A stretch of 64,000 bases of DNA from an uncultured archaeon (lineage in GTDB: Archaea > Iainarchaeota > Iainarchaeia > Iainarchaeales > Iainarchaeaceae), in contig CABMIU010000013.1 of assembly GCA_902386385.1 (NCBI GenBank), forward strand, positions 1,667 through 65,666. The letters run 5' to 3'. The first letter of the stretch is position 1. Each line of letters opens with the position of its first letter. A program made the translations under genes and the position numbers. Below the pieces are notes generated by a model. It was not told the origin of the DNA, did not search any database, and was given only the letters and a program-made list of their open reading frames with translations. Shown here piece after piece: positions 10,361 through 19,757 of the stretch.

Positions 10361-11230
10361 TCAGTAGCCCCTGAGTTTTTTCCTCACTTTGATTTCGCTT
10401 TCATAAACCGTCTTCACGCCGTTGCCGAGAATTTTTGGCACGCTCCTTATCTGCTTGTAAAGCTTGTCCATCCCCTGTATTTCAACGCTGGACGACTGGT
10501 CGGTCCCCCACATTGTATGGTCAAGTGTAATGTGCCGTTCCACTATCTGTGCGCCCAGCGCAACAGCGACGGTTGTCGGGTCCAGGCCATATTCGTGGCC
10601 GCTGTAGCCGATTGCACAGTTGTACCTCTTCTTGAAAACCGGGATTGACCTTAAGTTCAGCTCATCGAGCTTTGCGGGATATGACGAGTTGCACACGAGC
10701 AGGGCATACTGGCTCGCGTGCTTCTTCAGCAGGGCGGCAGCAGAATCTATTTCCTTAAGGGTGCTCATTCCAGTGGAAAGCAGTATAGGCCTGCCTGTCT
10801 TACAGGCCGCGGTGACAAGTTCATTGTTAGTGAGCATAGCCGACGGGATTTTGATGAAAGGGAGTTCATATTTGGACATGAATTCCAGGCTTTCCAGGTC
10901 CCAGACCGAAGCAGCCCAGTCAATCGGCTTTTCGCGGCAATATTTGTCGAGGTAATCATATTCTTTGCGGCCGAATTCCATCCTGTGCTTGTATTCCAGG
11001 TAAGTCATCTTGCCCCACGGGGTTTCCTTTTCAACGTTTTTCTGGCATTCTGGAACGCACAAATCAGGGGTCCTTTTCTGGAATTTGACGCAATTCCATC
11101 CCGTGGCAAAGGCGCCATCAACCAGCTTCTTCGCAATCTGCAGGTCGCCATTGTGGTTTATGCCAATTTCGGCGATTATATATGTGCCGTCCAAATCATT
11201 GAAGTCCACTTTGTTGAATTTTTTTTCCAT
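10361..11230 (-). CDS. NeuB-family nonulosonic acid synthase (N-acylneuraminate/legionaminate/pseudaminate synthase-like), short C-terminus
   Basis: The hallmark NeuB TIM-barrel motifs IIAEIGINHNGD and VKFQK are present. The ATG at 11230 is preferred over the upstream GTG. Confidence 0.8.
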   Translation of the reverse strand: MEKKFNKVDFNDLDGTYIIAEIGINHNGDLQIAKKLVDGAFATGWNCVKFQKRTPDLCVPECQKNVEKETPWGKMTYLEYKHRMEFGRKEYDYLDKYCREKPIDWAASVWDLESLEFMSKYELPFIKIPSAMLTNNELVTAACKTGRPILLSTGMSTLKEIDSAAALLKKHASQYALLVCNSSYPAKLDELNLRSIPVFKKRYNCAIGYSGHEYGLDPTTVAVALGAQIVERHITLDHTMWGTDQSSSVEIQGMDKLYKQIRSVPKILGNGVKTVYESEIKVRKKLRGY

Positions 11231-11281
11231 CCGAAAACCAGACCAACCAGCCAATTTGAAAAACACGAACACACTAACTTT

Positions 11282-12346
11282 TCATTTCACATAATTTCCT
11301 GCAAGTTTCATGTCACAGGCAACTGTGCATTTCAGCCCCGGCGTAAGGTCAAAATGGCTTCTTCTGAATTCAGCGTATTTTTTTCCGTTCCATATGTCCC
11401 GCAGCGTTTCCTTTTTTACATCCCCGAGTATTATCTCATTGTTGTAATCTTCCATGCACATGGCAGCCATCCCGTCGGATTTTATCGTCATTGACATCCA
11501 GGGGTGCTTGCATATTTCCGACCAGTGGACCGACTTTGTCCCGTGGAAGTCCTTCCGGTACCACTGCTGGTCCTCGCTCTTCAGGTAGATGTAAACATCC
11601 TTGCCTTCAAATGCCTTTTTAAGCAATTCAAAATCCTCCTTTTGGCTGGGCCGGTTCAGGTCAATCATCGTGATTATAATGGTGGTTTTCAGCCCCTGCT
11701 CTTTTTTTATCTCAAGGAGTTTCAATATCTTTTCATAGCTGGCCGAGAAGTTTGACGCGTTCCCCCTGATTTGCTTGTGTTTTGCATCGTCAACGCTTTC
11801 CAGCGAATACTTTATGTAATCCAGCCCGTTTTTGAACATCTCAACGGTTTTTTCAATGTCAATATTCGCGGGGTTGCAGCTGAAATAAGAGTAAAAGCCC
11901 TTTTCAGACAATAATTTCAGGTAATCGCCCAGGTTCCTGTCCAAAAGCGGGTCGCCATATCCGTGGAGCTGTATCACGTTCGGGATAATATACAAAAAAA
12001 AGTGGTTTTCGCTCATTTCATTTTCCTCGATTCCATAATTTTTTTTGACGAATTTGACCCATTCAGCCCATTTTTCCTTGCTATGGGGCTTTATCTGCGC
12101 TATGACCTTCCTGAAGGTGCCATTATCCATCTGGGTTATCGGGCGGGTCATCCTTGTTGTCCTAGGGCACATTTCGCACCGCATGTTGCAGGCATTCGTG
12201 GTCTCTATATTGTATACTGCCGGCTCTTTGTTCCTGTAGCCCTCGAATTTTTTGAGGAGGGCCTCCTTGCCGAATATTTCACCTTTTTCAATCCTTCTCT
12301 GGACATCATGAACTTTCATGTAAAAATCCGTATCAAACATTTTCAC
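11282..12346 (-). CDS. Radical SAM enzyme with a SPASM/twitch-like C-terminal Cys cluster
   Basis: CNMRCEMC is a CxxxCxxC radical SAM motif, and further Cys motifs occur C-terminally. The gene is embedded in the nonulosonic acid operon. Confidence 0.75.
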   Translation of the reverse strand: MKMFDTDFYMKVHDVQRRIEKGEIFGKEALLKKFEGYRNKEPAVYNIETTNACNMRCEMCPRTTRMTRPITQMDNGTFRKVIAQIKPHSKEKWAEWVKFVKKNYGIEENEMSENHFFLYIIPNVIQLHGYGDPLLDRNLGDYLKLLSEKGFYSYFSCNPANIDIEKTVEMFKNGLDYIKYSLESVDDAKHKQIRGNASNFSASYEKILKLLEIKKEQGLKTTIIITMIDLNRPSQKEDFELLKKAFEGKDVYIYLKSEDQQWYRKDFHGTKSVHWSEICKHPWMSMTIKSDGMAAMCMEDYNNEIILGDVKKETLRDIWNGKKYAEFRRSHFDLTPGLKCTVACDMKLAGNYVK

Positions 12347-12385
12347 ACCGCCACAAACAAATCAAAAAGCACAGCACCGGCAATT

Positions 12386-13636
12386 TCAGGAGTGCCTCCT
12401 CTTGTCAAGCTTTCTTATAGTTTCCCCGAGGATTTCCGCCTTGGCCTTCGCCAGTTCCAGATTCCTGTAATTTGTCTTGAACTGCATCAGCTTGGGCTGT
12501 ACTGCCTCGGCTGTTTTGCACAGGCCTTTTTTATAATCGACACTGCTGTAAACCCACGGGCACCTTTTCGCAAAGGCCATTGTTTCAATTACCGGCTCAA
12601 GATACGGCACGGACCACGCGCCATACACGCCATCCCCGCCATTCTTGATATACTCTTTCCTGAAATCTTCCCAGGAAACCCCGATTTTTTCCCTGCCGGC
12701 GTATATTGCGCCAAGCGTATAATAAGAATTCGTGTAACCTTCAGGGCATTTTTGGGGAATCAGGAAATCGCATCCGGCCATTACGTCGATAAACAGCTCT
12801 GCAGACTTTACCCTGAGGCTTACCAGCTCGTCCACCCTTTCAAGCTGGGCAAACGCTATGGCCGCATTGAATTCGGACAGGCGGTAATTCCAGCCAAGAA
12901 CATCATGGCGCTTGTAATTCGGGTTCTGGAACAGGTCCTGATTGAGCCTTATCCTGCCCTCCTCGGCCATCAGGTTCTTGAAGCCATGGCCACCCAGCTT
13001 CCTCACAGCCTCGGCATATTGCTCATCATTAGTGATAATCATGCCGCCCTCGCCACAGGAAATGTGCTTCGTATTCTCGAAACTGTAGCTGGCCATGTGC
13101 CCAATCGTCCCGGCCAGCCGGCCTTTGTATTTGCTGAGCATGCATTGCGCATTATCCTCTATGACTGCAAGGCCGTGCCTTTCAGCGATTTCCATTATGG
13201 GGTCCATGTCACATGGCAGGCCATAAATCGACACAGGGATTATGGCTTTTGTTTTCTTCGTTATTTTTTTTGCGGCATCTGCCGGGTCCATTGTCCATGT
13301 TTCAGGGTCAATGTCGGCATAAACAGGAACCGCATTTGCATGTATTGTCGCAGTTGAATCCATTATGACTGTAAGTGCGGGGGAAATCACCTCGTCGCCT
13401 GGCCCGACGCCCGCGGCTTCAAGCGCAGCGTGCAATGTCGAAGTGCCTGAATTCAGCGCAACCGCGTATTTCACCCCGAACAGGTCCGCGAATTTCCTCT
13501 CCAGCGCGTTGTTCCAACTGCCCCCCGTTGCCGACCAGCTTTCGGAAGCAAGTACTTTCTTGACGTACTCAAGCTCGTTCCCGAGATACTTTGACGGGTT
13601 CTTGACCCCTGATTGGCTTTTGACGCTTAATCCCAT
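12386..13636 (-). CDS. DegT/DnrJ/EryC1/StrS-family PLP-dependent sugar aminotransferase
   Basis: The motif ALNSGTSTLHAALEAAGVGPGDEVISPALT and overall collinearity match PseC/LegC-like aminotransferases. Confidence 0.85.
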   Translation of the reverse strand: MGLSVKSQSGVKNPSKYLGNELEYVKKVLASESWSATGGSWNNALERKFADLFGVKYAVALNSGTSTLHAALEAAGVGPGDEVISPALTVIMDSTATIHANAVPVYADIDPETWTMDPADAAKKITKKTKAIIPVSIYGLPCDMDPIMEIAERHGLAVIEDNAQCMLSKYKGRLAGTIGHMASYSFENTKHISCGEGGMIITNDEQYAEAVRKLGGHGFKNLMAEEGRIRLNQDLFQNPNYKRHDVLGWNYRLSEFNAAIAFAQLERVDELVSLRVKSAELFIDVMAGCDFLIPQKCPEGYTNSYYTLGAIYAGREKIGVSWEDFRKEYIKNGGDGVYGAWSVPYLEPVIETMAFAKRCPWVYSSVDYKKGLCKTAEAVQPKLMQFKTNYRNLELAKAKAEILGETIRKLDKRRHS

Positions 13637-13638
13637 TT

Positions 13639-14415
13639 TCAGGCACCTTTTTTCAGCACTAATTTCGTTTTTTTCTTCTGGTTGTCGGCCCAGTCCCTGA
13701 GCCTGAACTGGTTGATTTTGACAAGCCCTGGATTTTTGTCGAGGTATCCGATAACGTCCCTGAGGCTGAAGCCCTTTCCATCAAAGTGCCCGAATATCTC
13801 TTTAAAAAGCATGAAATCTTCCTCATAGTCGAGGGTGAGCCTTATTTCAGGCCGGCTGAACAGCTTGTCGCACTCAAGCTTTTCGGTTTTGAAAAGCCCA
13901 GTGTCCTTGAAATAAGTCCACATCATTTCAGTGTCGCTTGTGCCCTTTATCCCGCACACTTTTTCCAGGGCGCTGACTTTTATGCCATAGGTGAAGGAGC
14001 CGCATACAATGCCTTCGCCGCCCTCGATGAAATCCGCGCCGGTCATCGAGTGCTGCCTGAAAGCGAGGTCCATGAGCTCTGGCTCGCACAGGAGGTCGTC
14101 GCCATCAGCGGTAACGAAAAAATCCACGCCGAACTTCTTCGCGGCGCCTTTCCACCTTTCAAGCTTGTCATTCTCGCTGCCCCTGAAGCAGAGTATCCCG
14201 TTCCGGCCCGCGATTTTCTCCAAAACGTCATCCGCCTTGTTTGTAGTCGTGCAAAGGACGACAATGTCCTTCTCCGCGGAAGCCTTTGCGCGGTCAATTA
14301 CATATTGGATTGTTGGCTTTCCGAGGATTTCCAGGAGAGCCTTGTTCGGAAGGCGCGTGGATGACGTCCTTACTGTGATGAAAACGGCCTTTTTGCCCAC
14401 CAGAACACCGACCAA
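13639..14415 (-). CDS. Acylneuraminate (CMP-nonulosonic acid) cytidylyltransferase family protein (CTP_transf_3); non-ATG start
   Basis: RTSSTRLPNKALL is the signature of the CMP-NeuAc/CMP-KDO synthetase/SpsF family. The start is TTG at 14415 or GTG at 14400. Confidence 0.7.
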   Translation of the reverse strand: MVGVLVGKKAVFITVRTSSTRLPNKALLEILGKPTIQYVIDRAKASAEKDIVVLCTTTNKADDVLEKIAGRNGILCFRGSENDKLERWKGAAKKFGVDFFVTADGDDLLCEPELMDLAFRQHSMTGADFIEGGEGIVCGSFTYGIKVSALEKVCGIKGTSDTEMMWTYFKDTGLFKTEKLECDKLFSRPEIRLTLDYEEDFMLFKEIFGHFDGKGFSLRDVIGYLDKNPGLVKINQFRLRDWADNQKKKTKLVLKKGA

Positions 14416-14506
14416 AAAAAAACAATGAATGCAGCCGCCGGCTGCCTGAACATGATATAATCACAGGGCGGCTTTTTAAAAACGCTTTGGTTCAATAAAG
14501 CAAAGC

Positions 14507-15562
14507 ATGGGCGTTGCTCTCGGAAAAAGGTATGAATATGACGGGAAGCCGACCATGGCAATGAACAAAGTGCAGCTCGAAACAAAAAAAGCGATTGACA
14601 GGAAAATCGCGAGCGGGCATTATGCTTTTGAAGAAGTTGGATGCGCGGTTTGCGGGTCATGTGAATTTGAAAAGCTGGCTGAAAAAGAAAGGTATGGCCT
14701 TTTCATGCCGGTCGCGATATGCAGGAAATGCGGACTAGTTCAGACGAACCCGCGCATGGATAAACAGAGTTATTCCGAGTTTTACCGGTGCGAATACAGG
14801 AAACTGCACAACGCGGCAGAGCACCCGACCGAAGAATTTTTCCAAAGCCAGCGCGAAAGGGGAAAAGAAATTTATAATTTTATAGCCAAGGCCATCGGGC
14901 AGGAGCCACGGGGCAAATTGGTTGCCGAGATAGGGGTCGGGGCGGGGGGCATTCTGCAGTATTTCAAAGAGATGGGCAATGAAGTCCTGGGCTTTGACTT
15001 TGATGAAGAATATATCGGCTACGGAAAGAAAATGGGGTTAAGCCTCGAAATCGGTGGCATAGAAAAATTGGTTGCTGCAGGGAAGAAAGCAGATATAATA
15101 ATTTATTGCCATGTTTTTGAACATTTGCTCGACCCGGTTTCCGAACTCGAAAAAATCAGCAGTTGCCTTGGCGCAGGCGGGGTGTTGTTTATAGAGGTGC
15201 CGACCATTAAAGGCATTCATTCGGTTTATAACTCGGATTTTTTGCAGTATCTCAATAATGCCCATACTTACCACTTCACCATGGAAACGCTGGACAATTG
15301 CATGAAAAAAGGCGGCTTTGAAATCATTTATGGAACTGACTCCGGGGTCGCTGTGTTCAGGGCAGGGAAAAAAACGGAGGGCCATGCCAATGAGTATGGC
15401 AAAACCATCGCTTTCCTGAAAAGCGCGGAAAATTCGCGGGCAGCATTGATAAATTTTCCAGTGGTGAAACTGAGGATTTTCCGGGCAATTTCAACGATTA
15501 TTTCATCTGCCGGCCTGACAGCGGCTGCAAAAAAAATCAGGGTGAAATTGACGGGCAAATGA
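14507..15562 (+). CDS. Class I SAM-dependent methyltransferase with N-terminal zinc-ribbon
   Basis: A CAVCGSC...CRKCG Zn ribbon precedes a VAEIGVGAGG SAM-binding motif. It is paralogous to the CDS at 22204. Confidence 0.7.
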   Translation: MGVALGKRYEYDGKPTMAMNKVQLETKKAIDRKIASGHYAFEEVGCAVCGSCEFEKLAEKERYGLFMPVAICRKCGLVQTNPRMDKQSYSEFYRCEYRKLHNAAEHPTEEFFQSQRERGKEIYNFIAKAIGQEPRGKLVAEIGVGAGGILQYFKEMGNEVLGFDFDEEYIGYGKKMGLSLEIGGIEKLVAAGKKADIIIYCHVFEHLLDPVSELEKISSCLGAGGVLFIEVPTIKGIHSVYNSDFLQYLNNAHTYHFTMETLDNCMKKGGFEIIYGTDSGVAVFRAGKKTEGHANEYGKTIAFLKSAENSRAALINFPVVKLRIFRAISTIISSAGLTAAAKKIRVKLTGK

Positions 15563-15577
15563 GCCAGCCGCAAAAGC

Positions 15578-15602
15578 ATAAAAAAAATAAAAAATAAAAA
15601 AA
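15578..15602 (-). terminator. Oligo-T tract (on minus strand) downstream of the flippase gene
   Basis: A 25-nt A-run on the plus strand gives a T-run on the coding strand immediately 3' of the minus-strand CDS. Confidence 0.35.
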
Positions 15603-15605
15603 CGG

Positions 15606-17108
15606 CTACCTGGCGTTCAGCTTCCTGAAAACGCCCCCGAAGAGGAATGCGGAAAGCAGTGCAAGCGCCACTATTTTCGCGGCCCATGTCAGGACAATAC
15701 CGGCTGAAATGGATTCGACATACAGGTACGCGACTGCGAGGCATGCGAAAACGACGAAAGATGGCATTATCCTGCGGATGCTGATTGCGTTGCGCTCCTT
15801 AAGCACGAACCTGACATTCAGGTAGTGCAGGAAGAACATGAGGCCGAATGAAAGCATCGAAGTGTATGCTGCAACCGCATACCCGTACCGTGGAATCAGG
15901 AAGTAGTTCATTGCAATGCTGAATGAAATTGAGCTGACCGTAATGATGGAAATAAGCCAGGTCTTTTTCCTGTACTCGGAATAAAGCAGATACAGGCTGT
16001 AAAGGAAAAAGAAAAAGTAGCCAAAAACGACAGGCGCTACGATAGAGGCACTCGCAGAATACTGCGATGCGGCAAATATTGAAATGAAATCCTTTGAAAA
16101 AACTATTATGCCGAGCGCTGCCAGCAAAACAAGCTTTGCAGACCGCACTGCGAGGCGCTCTATTTCCAGGAACTTTCCGTGCTCCATGCAGGCAAAGAAC
16201 TTAGGAGACCATGCGCTGGTTATGGCGGTTATTGCGACAAGCAGGACCATGCCGACATTGTAGCCTAGGCTGTAAATCCCCGCGCTCGCCACGCCTGCAA
16301 TCTGACCCACGACAATCCTGTCAAAGTATGAAAGCAAGTAACCGCCAAATGAGTGGGGAAGCAGCGGAATCCCGAACTTGAGGGAATACTTGATGTCCCG
16401 AATCGCATTGCGGAATCCGGAATCGAACCTTATTTCGCTGAAAAGCCGGTACGCTGAATAAGCGAAAATAATGCCGCCGATGAGCAGAGAAGCATGTATC
16501 GCACCGATGTGCCTTGCAGATTTTTCAGTGAGAAAAACCCATGGGACTGAAATGCACAGCACCGCGAGGGACTGGAGAACCACTATTGCCGAGTATTGCC
16601 TGCTCTGGTTCTTTGCCTGGAGAAGGCGGGTATAAACCCCGAACACTACAGTGAAAAAAGCAGAGAAAGAGGCAAGGGCCAAAAGCTCCCGGGGCAGCTG
16701 GAAAAATGCCGATATCTGCCCGCCGAAAAGCAGCATTGCGATGACCAATGCAAACGAGAAAAAAGACAGGAAGGCAAGGTTGCTGCCAAGGAAGGAAGGA
16801 TAGCCTTCCTTGTCCTTCTCAAAAAAGCGCCGGTACATCCCCCCGGTAATTCCTGCGGACATTATTACTGAGAGTATGCCGGAAACCGACTGGAAAATTG
16901 CAAGGACACCATATGATGCGGGAAGCATGAGCCTGGTGAAAATCGGGACAGTTACAAGGCTTATGGCCTTTACCGCGAGGTTGGCGTTCAGGTAATTCTT
17001 CGAATGGGACAAAAATTCAACGGTTTCCCTGTCGAGGCCCAGAATGCCGAGGAGAAACCCTTTTGCACGGTTCATGCGGCTGAGGAGGAACTCCTTCGGA
17101 TTAAACAT
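15606..17108 (-). CDS. wzx: Polysaccharide/oligosaccharide flippase (Wzx-like, MOP superfamily)
   Basis: The protein is about 500 aa with roughly 12-14 TM helices and polysacc_synt-like topology. Confidence 0.7.
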   Translation of the reverse strand: MFNPKEFLLSRMNRAKGFLLGILGLDRETVEFLSHSKNYLNANLAVKAISLVTVPIFTRLMLPASYGVLAIFQSVSGILSVIMSAGITGGMYRRFFEKDKEGYPSFLGSNLAFLSFFSFALVIAMLLFGGQISAFFQLPRELLALASFSAFFTVVFGVYTRLLQAKNQSRQYSAIVVLQSLAVLCISVPWVFLTEKSARHIGAIHASLLIGGIIFAYSAYRLFSEIRFDSGFRNAIRDIKYSLKFGIPLLPHSFGGYLLSYFDRIVVGQIAGVASAGIYSLGYNVGMVLLVAITAITSAWSPKFFACMEHGKFLEIERLAVRSAKLVLLAALGIIVFSKDFISIFAASQYSASASIVAPVVFGYFFFFLYSLYLLYSEYRKKTWLISIITVSSISFSIAMNYFLIPRYGYAVAAYTSMLSFGLMFFLHYLNVRFVLKERNAISIRRIMPSFVVFACLAVAYLYVESISAGIVLTWAAKIVALALLSAFLFGGVFRKLNAR

Positions 17109-17336
17109 AAGTAACAGTTCCGGAAAAGGCTATCAAAAAGAATCCTTTGGCACGGGATAATAAAAGTGTTTTGGTTCGGGTCAGCCTTTTTCTTTTCGTT
17201 GACACGAAAAGAAAACCTTGTCCCCTGCGGGGACGAGGCCTCGCCCCTTAAAGGGACAAGGGCCTGGCGAAAAAGAAAAGTGCAAAAGTATGGCGGCAAC
17301 AGAGCATTAAAAATGGTTTTGTGCAACATTGGTTTC

Positions 17337-17837
17337 ATGAAGAAAATGCCAATGGAAAAACTCGCTAATATAAGGCTGCTTGCCCTCGACTTTGACGGAG
17401 TCCTCACGGACAACCGCGTCCTCGTGAACGAAAAGGGCGAGGAATCCGTGTTCTGCAGCAGGTCTGACGGATACGGCATAAGCCACGTTGCAAAGCCCGC
17501 GGGAATTGAGGTAATGGTGATTTCCCTCGAGACAAACGGGGTTGTAGAGGCAAGATGCAGGAAGCTCGGAGTAGAGTGCCTCACGGGCCGGAAAGACAAG
17601 CTCGCAGCATTGAAAAGTGCCTGCGCCGCAAGGGGCATAAGCCTCGTGGAAACCTGCTTTGTCGGAAATGACGCCACGGATATTGAATGCATTGAAAAAG
17701 CCGGGTTCGGCGTTTGCGTCGCAGATGCGGAACCGGGGCTTGCAGGGAAAGCCGATTACGTCACAAAAAAGCAGGGCGGAAAAGGCGCTGTACGCGAAGT
17801 ATGCGAGCTGCTTGCAGATGCGAAGAAGGAAAAATAA
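17337..17837 (+). CDS. HAD-superfamily phosphatase of the KdsC/YrbI type (KDO-8-P / nonulosonate-9-P phosphatase-like)
   Basis: LALDFDGVLTDN carries the HAD DxD motif, and GNDATD is also present. The annotated upstream extension to 17166 is probably non-coding. Confidence 0.75.
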   Translation: MKKMPMEKLANIRLLALDFDGVLTDNRVLVNEKGEESVFCSRSDGYGISHVAKPAGIEVMVISLETNGVVEARCRKLGVECLTGRKDKLAALKSACAARGISLVETCFVGNDATDIECIEKAGFGVCVADAEPGLAGKADYVTKKQGGKGAVREVCELLADAKKEK

Positions 17838-17896
17838 ATTTGGTTTTGCAATTTGAAGCAATGCCCCATCAGCCCATTCTGCTTTCAGCAGAAATT

Positions 17897-19006
17897 TCAG
17901 CGGAAATAAATTTTTTCAAGCTTGTGGTAAAGACCTGCGGAATCGAAATTTTTTTCAGCAAACTTCCTCGCGTTGAGGCCCATTTCAACTAGCCTTTTTT
18001 CTCCCGCGGCATATGCCGCGGAGATGGCTGCCGCGAGGGCATCCGCATCCCCTGGCATGAAAATAAAGCCTGCATCCGCCTTCTCGAGAATCATGCGGCA
18101 GTCGCTCACGTCGCTCGCGATTACAGGCCTGCCAAGGCACATGTAGGTGGAAAGCTTGTGGGGATACGCCCCCGCCCCGAACCTGCGGTTGTATGTGCTG
18201 AGGAAAACGCTGCAGCCGGAAAGCTCCTCCGCGAATTTTCTGGCGCCAGCAACAACGCCAGCATAATTTACATTCGGGAGTTTCTGGTAGCCTGAAGAAT
18301 CAAAGCCAACAAGCTTGAATGAAATTTTTTTATTTACCTGGAGCTTTGCTGCAGCTTCCAGGATGGTTCCGATGCCCTGGTATGGCGAATCGTTTCCGCC
18401 GTAGCCGACAATGAATTTCCCCTTTGGCGGGGCTTCGTAGCAGAATTCCGATGCATCAACAGGGCCCCATATCACATGTATTTTTTCAGGACGGACGCCG
18501 TACTCGCGGCAGAATATTTCTTTCATCCCGTTGCTCATCACGATTATTTTGTCGGAAAGCGCACACGAAACCATTTCCTTGAAGGAAAAATGCAGGGGGG
18601 AAGAATTCCTTGCAACGGCATGTGCCTCAAAAACCACCCTTGCGCCGAAAATAATTTTGTAAACGCATGCAACGAAAGCGCTGTCATCGAGGAAGCAGTG
18701 TATTATTTTCGGCCTGGTTCTTATGAGCCGAAGCAGAATAACCGCCAGCCTCGCGGTTTTTTTGAAAGGGAAAAACAGTTGCCGGAAAAATCCATCGGCA
18801 GTAAAAAATCCGGTGGCCCGCTTGCTGCCAAAACTTATTCCGGAAAGGCACTCTGGCAGCACTACTTCTGCGCCTGTATGCTTTGAAACCTCCTCAAAAG
18901 TAGTTTTTGTCCTCGAAGGCGTGCCTGTAAGGCCATTGAGGTTATAGGTCATCAGGAAGTGGATTTTCATGCCGCTTTTTACACGCATGGCATCCATCCA
19001 AAACAC
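17897..19006 (-). CDS. Glycosyltransferase family 4
   Basis: It has a GT-B C-terminal Glycos_transf_1 region (RRFGAGAYPHKLSTYMCLGRPVIASDV). Confidence 0.75.
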   Translation of the reverse strand: MFWMDAMRVKSGMKIHFLMTYNLNGLTGTPSRTKTTFEEVSKHTGAEVVLPECLSGISFGSKRATGFFTADGFFRQLFFPFKKTARLAVILLRLIRTRPKIIHCFLDDSAFVACVYKIIFGARVVFEAHAVARNSSPLHFSFKEMVSCALSDKIIVMSNGMKEIFCREYGVRPEKIHVIWGPVDASEFCYEAPPKGKFIVGYGGNDSPYQGIGTILEAAAKLQVNKKISFKLVGFDSSGYQKLPNVNYAGVVAGARKFAEELSGCSVFLSTYNRRFGAGAYPHKLSTYMCLGRPVIASDVSDCRMILEKADAGFIFMPGDADALAAAISAAYAAGEKRLVEMGLNARKFAEKNFDSAGLYHKLEKIYFR

Positions 19007-19136
19007 CGACTGGCCAAAAAGGCATTGGTCCGAAAGGTTCCATTTATTTATCCGGCCCTAAGCAACTGTGAAAATGTATATTAAAATAGCTTTGGTTCAA
19101 CAATTTTCCATTTGAATTTAATTCTCTGGTGAGGGC

Positions 19137-19706
19137 TTGGCTAAGACAATATACCGGGTTTTGCTCGAATCCGAACTCAGGAAAGCCTTTGCAAAGCTAA
19201 GCCCCGGCAAAGTCCTCGATGCGGGAGGCGCGAGCTCGCCTTACAGGGAACTGGTGCCGCACATGGAATACCTTTGCCTTGACCTGAACGCGGGGCACAA
19301 GCCGGACATTGTCGGGGATGTGCATTGCCTGCCGCTGAAAAACGGCTCATTCGACACGGTAATTGCAACCGAACTGCTTGAGCACTGCAGGGACCCGAAA
19401 AAAGTTGTAAGCGAATTCCGCAGGGTGCTGAAAAAAGGCGGGGCCGTAGTCGCCTCATGCCCATTCATTTACCATTACCATGGCGACGATTTCAGCAAGG
19501 ATTACTGGAGGTTCTCAAGCGACGGGTTAAAGGAGCTTTTCAGCGGTTTCAGCTCGGCGGAAATTTTCCCTCACGGGAGCTTCACCACGACAGCCCTGAA
19601 CCTTTTTTTCTGCAAATTCCCATTTCTCAACAGGCTCAGCGGAATCGCATCAAAAATCAGGATTGGGAACCTGCCCAGCGGCCACGTTATTCTCGCCATT
19701 AAGTGA
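19137..19706 (+). CDS. Class I SAM-dependent methyltransferase (Methyltransf_11-like); TTG start
   Basis: VLDAGGAS is motif I, and DTVIATELLEHCRDP with KKGG follow. Confidence 0.65.
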   Translation: MAKTIYRVLLESELRKAFAKLSPGKVLDAGGASSPYRELVPHMEYLCLDLNAGHKPDIVGDVHCLPLKNGSFDTVIATELLEHCRDPKKVVSEFRRVLKKGGAVVASCPFIYHYHGDDFSKDYWRFSSDGLKELFSGFSSAEIFPHGSFTTTALNLFFCKFPFLNRLSGIASKIRIGNLPSGHVILAIK

Positions 19707-19757
19707 TTCCTAGCCCAAGCTTCCGGCCCCGTCTGAGACCATTCCATTTGCATTGCA

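Noticed and set aside
11963-13357. A 464-aa plus-strand ORF (plus 12045-12239) antisense to the DegT and radical SAM genes
   Set aside because: It has no recognisable motif and odd composition. The opposite strand carries unmistakable DegT and radical SAM homology, so it is an antisense shadow ORF.
17166-17336. A 57-codon N-terminal extension of the KdsC-like ORF
   Set aside because: The extension covers the GC-rich structured intergenic element and has no homology. KdsC-family proteins start at the MKKMPMEKL position.
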